From NCBI GenBank assembly GCA_019243475.1, contig JAFAUE010000442.1, positions 1 through 46,859 of the forward strand: 46,859 nt of DNA, in the 5' to 3' direction. The notes under the pieces were generated by a model. It had not been told where the DNA came from. It was given only the letters and a program-made list of their open reading frames with translations, and searched no databases. A program made the position numbers and the translations under genes. Shown here one piece after another: positions 44,552 through 46,859 of the stretch. The DNA comes from Acidobacteriota bacterium (lineage in GTDB: Bacteria; Acidobacteriota; Terriglobia; Terriglobales; Acidobacteriaceae). Each line of letters starts with the position of its first letter. Positions within the stretch are counted from its first letter, which is position 1.

Positions 44552-46859
44552 ATGCGGCTCTCTTTCCTGTGCCTTCTTTTTTTCTCAGCCTCCTCTGTGA
44601 TCACGAATGCAGATGGAACCTCGTCGACCGAACCATCTCGAATCTCTCTTGAGAAGAACTGGCATATTCAATCTTCATGCAAGCTGCGCGATGGCGGCGA
44701 ACAGATCTCGCGCGTGGGTTACAAGACTTCGGGGTGGCTCGCTACCACGGTGCCGCATACCGTTCTTGGCGCGCAGATAGATGCGAAACTCTTTCCCGAC
44801 CCGTTCTATGGAATGAACCTTCGTGCCATTCCGGGAATGACCTATCCCATCGGCAAGATATTCAGCAACATGCCGATGCCCGATGACAGCCCTTATAAGT
44901 GCTCATGGTGGTATCGCACCGAAGTTAGCCTGCCGGCTCATCTAAAAGATAAATATAGCTGGCTACACTTTGACGGCATCAACTATCGCGCGAACATCTG
45001 GGTGAATGGCAAGCAGATCGCCAACGTCGATCAGATCGCCGGCGCGTATCGGCTTTACGAGTTCGATGTCAGAGATGCCCTGCGTCCTGGATCATCGAAC
45101 GCGGTTGCCGTGGAGATCTTTGCGCCGACTGAGACCGATCTGGGAATTAACTTTGTCGATTGGAATCCCATGCCTGCGGATAAAGCCATGGGGCTGTGGC
45201 GCCCGGTCTACCTAACCTTCGGCGGTCCCGTTTCGGTGCGCTGGCCGGCTGTGAGCACGCGGTTTACCGATGACACATTGAAGACCGCGGAGCTCACCGT
45301 CACAGGTGAATTGCGCAATGCGACTGAGCAACCAATGAGCGGCATTGCGGAGGTAGTCCTCGAGGGGATTGGCCGACTCTCGCAGCAAGTCACTCTGGCG
45401 GCAAACGAGCAGCGAAGTGTCGTGTTCGCACCGGAGGACTATCCAAAATTACGCCTGGAGAATCCGAAGCTGTGGTGGCCATATCCCCTCGGAGAACAGA
45501 CTCTGTACAAAGTCGAAATGCGCTTTGTGGCGAATGGGGAAAGCTCTGACGCCGCGACAGCGAAGTTTGGGATCCGTGAGATTACTGACGAAAAAAATCC
45601 AAATGGTTACGAACTTTTGCGAATCAACCATCACAACATACTCATCCGCGGCGGCGGCTGGGCGCCGGATATGTTTCTCCGGACGGATACCGAACGCATT
45701 GAGAACGAGATGCGGCATGTTCGCAATCTCGGCCTTAATACCATTCGGCTTGAAGGAAAACTGGAGACAGACGAGTTCTTCGATCTCGCCGATCGTTATG
45801 GAATTCTCGTGATGGCGGGGTGGTGCTGCTGCGATCACTGGGAACATTGGGACAAGTGGACTGCTGCCGACCATGACATCTCGAAAGCCTCGCAAAGCAG
45901 TCAAATTCTTCGCCTGCGCAGCCACCCGAGCATGTTGGTCTGGCTAAATGGCAGCGACAATCCTCCGCCGGCAGACGTCGAATCAGACTACATTTCCATT
46001 TTGAAACAGTACCGCTGGCCAAATCCGTTCATCTCTTCAGCGAGTGCGACTCCAACTACCGTCACTGGACAGAGCGGAGTAAAGATGACGGGTCCCTACG
46101 ACTACGTACCGCCATCTTACTGGCTCGTTGATCCCGGACACTGGGGAGGGGCGTGGGGGTTCAACACGGAAACCAGTCCGGGTCCTGCTCCACCTCTTCT
46201 CAGTTCGATCGAAAAATTTATCCCGAAACAAAACTTGTGGCCGCATGACGACGTCTGGAATTTCCATGCCGGTCTTGGCAGCTTCGGTCAGACAAAAATC
46301 TTCGACGACGCTATGGCAGCAATGTACGGGGCACCAACCTCACTCGCGGACTATGAGCGCAAGGCCCAGGCAATGACCTACGAAGGCGAGCGCGCGATGT
46401 TCGAAGCGTTCGCGCGTAACAAGTACAACTCGACTGGCGTGATCCAGTGGATGCTCAACAACGCCTGGCCATCGGTGATTTGGCATTTGTATGACTATTA
46501 TCTGGTTCCCGGAGGCGGCTACTTCGGTGCGAAGAAAGCGAATGAGTTGGTGCACGCGCAATATTCCTACGATGACCGGTCTATCGTCGTGGTGAACGGC
46601 CTTTACCAGTTGCAGCGCGGCCTGCGACTACGAGTAAGAGTTTTTGATCTCAGTTCGAAGGAGCGGTTCAACGATACCAAGATCGTGGATCTCGGCCCTG
46701 ATGCAGTTGCGAAACTTCCGGCAATTCCGGACATCGCCGATCTTAGCTCTCCGTTTTTCGTTCGTCTAGATCTGAGCGATGCCGCCGGGAAAACTCTCTC
46801 TTCAAACTTCTATTGGGTTCCAACTCAGCTTCCCGAATTAGATTTCGAAAAAAGTAACT
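44552..46859 (+). CDS. Secreted glycoside hydrolase family 2 protein (exo-beta-D-glucosaminidase / beta-mannosidase-like), 3'-truncated by the window edge
   Basis: Absent from the ORF track (no stop in the window). In-frame TAG at 44531-33, then ATG 44552. MRLSFLCLLFFSASSVITNA signal peptide. WWYRTEV, HFDGINYRANIWVNG, NTIRLEG, WLNGSDN, and a W/Y-rich C-terminal half typical of GH2. Confidence 0.8.
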   Translation, partial: MRLSFLCLLFFSASSVITNADGTSSTEPSRISLEKNWHIQSSCKLRDGGEQISRVGYKTSGWLATTVPHTVLGAQIDAKLFPDPFYGMNLRAIPGMTYPIGKIFSNMPMPDDSPYKCSWWYRTEVSLPAHLKDKYSWLHFDGINYRANIWVNGKQIANVDQIAGAYRLYEFDVRDALRPGSSNAVAVEIFAPTETDLGINFVDWNPMPADKAMGLWRPVYLTFGGPVSVRWPAVSTRFTDDTLKTAELTVTGELRNATEQPMSGIAEVVLEGIGRLSQQVTLAANEQRSVVFAPEDYPKLRLENPKLWWPYPLGEQTLYKVEMRFVANGESSDAATAKFGIREITDEKNPNGYELLRINHHNILIRGGGWAPDMFLRTDTERIENEMRHVRNLGLNTIRLEGKLETDEFFDLADRYGILVMAGWCCCDHWEHWDKWTAADHDISKASQSSQILRLRSHPSMLVWLNGSDNPPPADVESDYISILKQYRWPNPFISSASATPTTVTGQSGVKMTGPYDYVPPSYWLVDPGHWGGAWGFNTETSPGPAPPLLSSIEKFIPKQNLWPHDDVWNFHAGLGSFGQTKIFDDAMAAMYGAPTSLADYERKAQAMTYEGERAMFEAFARNKYNSTGVIQWMLNNAWPSVIWHLYDYYLVPGGGYFGAKKANELVHAQYSYDDRSIVVVNGLYQLQRGLRLRVRVFDLSSKERFNDTKIVDLGPDAVAKLPAIPDIADLSSPFFVRLDLSDAAGKTLSSNFYWVPTQLPELDFEKSN

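Overview
This is a moderately GC-rich, mostly housekeeping chromosomal segment. The gene content looks acidobacterial: an ADOP-type duplicated orphan permease, DinB proteins carrying signal peptides, and a small secreted CarboxypepD_reg-like protein. That taxon call is inference only.

I can support one tRNA-Ser(GGA) and about 42 CDS. Two of these are open-ended genes at the window edges that the ORF track omits. The recognisable blocks are:
- a cold-shock cluster (cspA, an omega-like mini-protein, a DEAD-box helicase, a charged mini-protein)
- an M28 peptidase followed by a rhomboid-like protein
- rsmA and glgA
- a 1233-aa secreted collagen-like, tail-fibre-like protein
- two divergent esterases
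- an SbcD/SbcC-like (YhaO/YhaN-type) nuclease-ATPase operon
- tkt
- gcvT-gcvH-gcvPA-gcvPB
- vapBC
- an HTH-Mop/TOBE regulator, msrA, a DUF3052-like protein and a SET-domain protein
- hutU-hutI-pepN
- the ADOP permease, an NAD-IDH-like dehydrogenase, nrdR, zapB-zapA and a GlsB/YeaQ/YmgE protein
- GH140-like and GH2 glycosidases

I saw no rRNA, CRISPR array, transposase, integrase or prophage genes. I also do not see a convincing multi-gene novel system.

The items most worth follow-up are:
- the modular collagen-like giant protein with a 3 x 135 bp in-frame tandem repeat
- an orphan LysW-like zinc-ribbon protein with a polyacidic tail
- a rhomboid-fold protein that lacks the canonical catalytic residues
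- an SD-sequestering multi-hairpin leader upstream of the HTH-Mop gene
- an array of eight GGGAAT(T) motifs between two convergent genes
- three overlapping perfect hairpins between tkt and the nuclease operon
- a strong intercistronic hairpin in the gcv operon built from a dispersed 13-mer
- a 610-bp gene-free region after zapA that holds a promoter-to-T-run candidate sRNA

All functional calls come from motifs read by eye. No searches were run.
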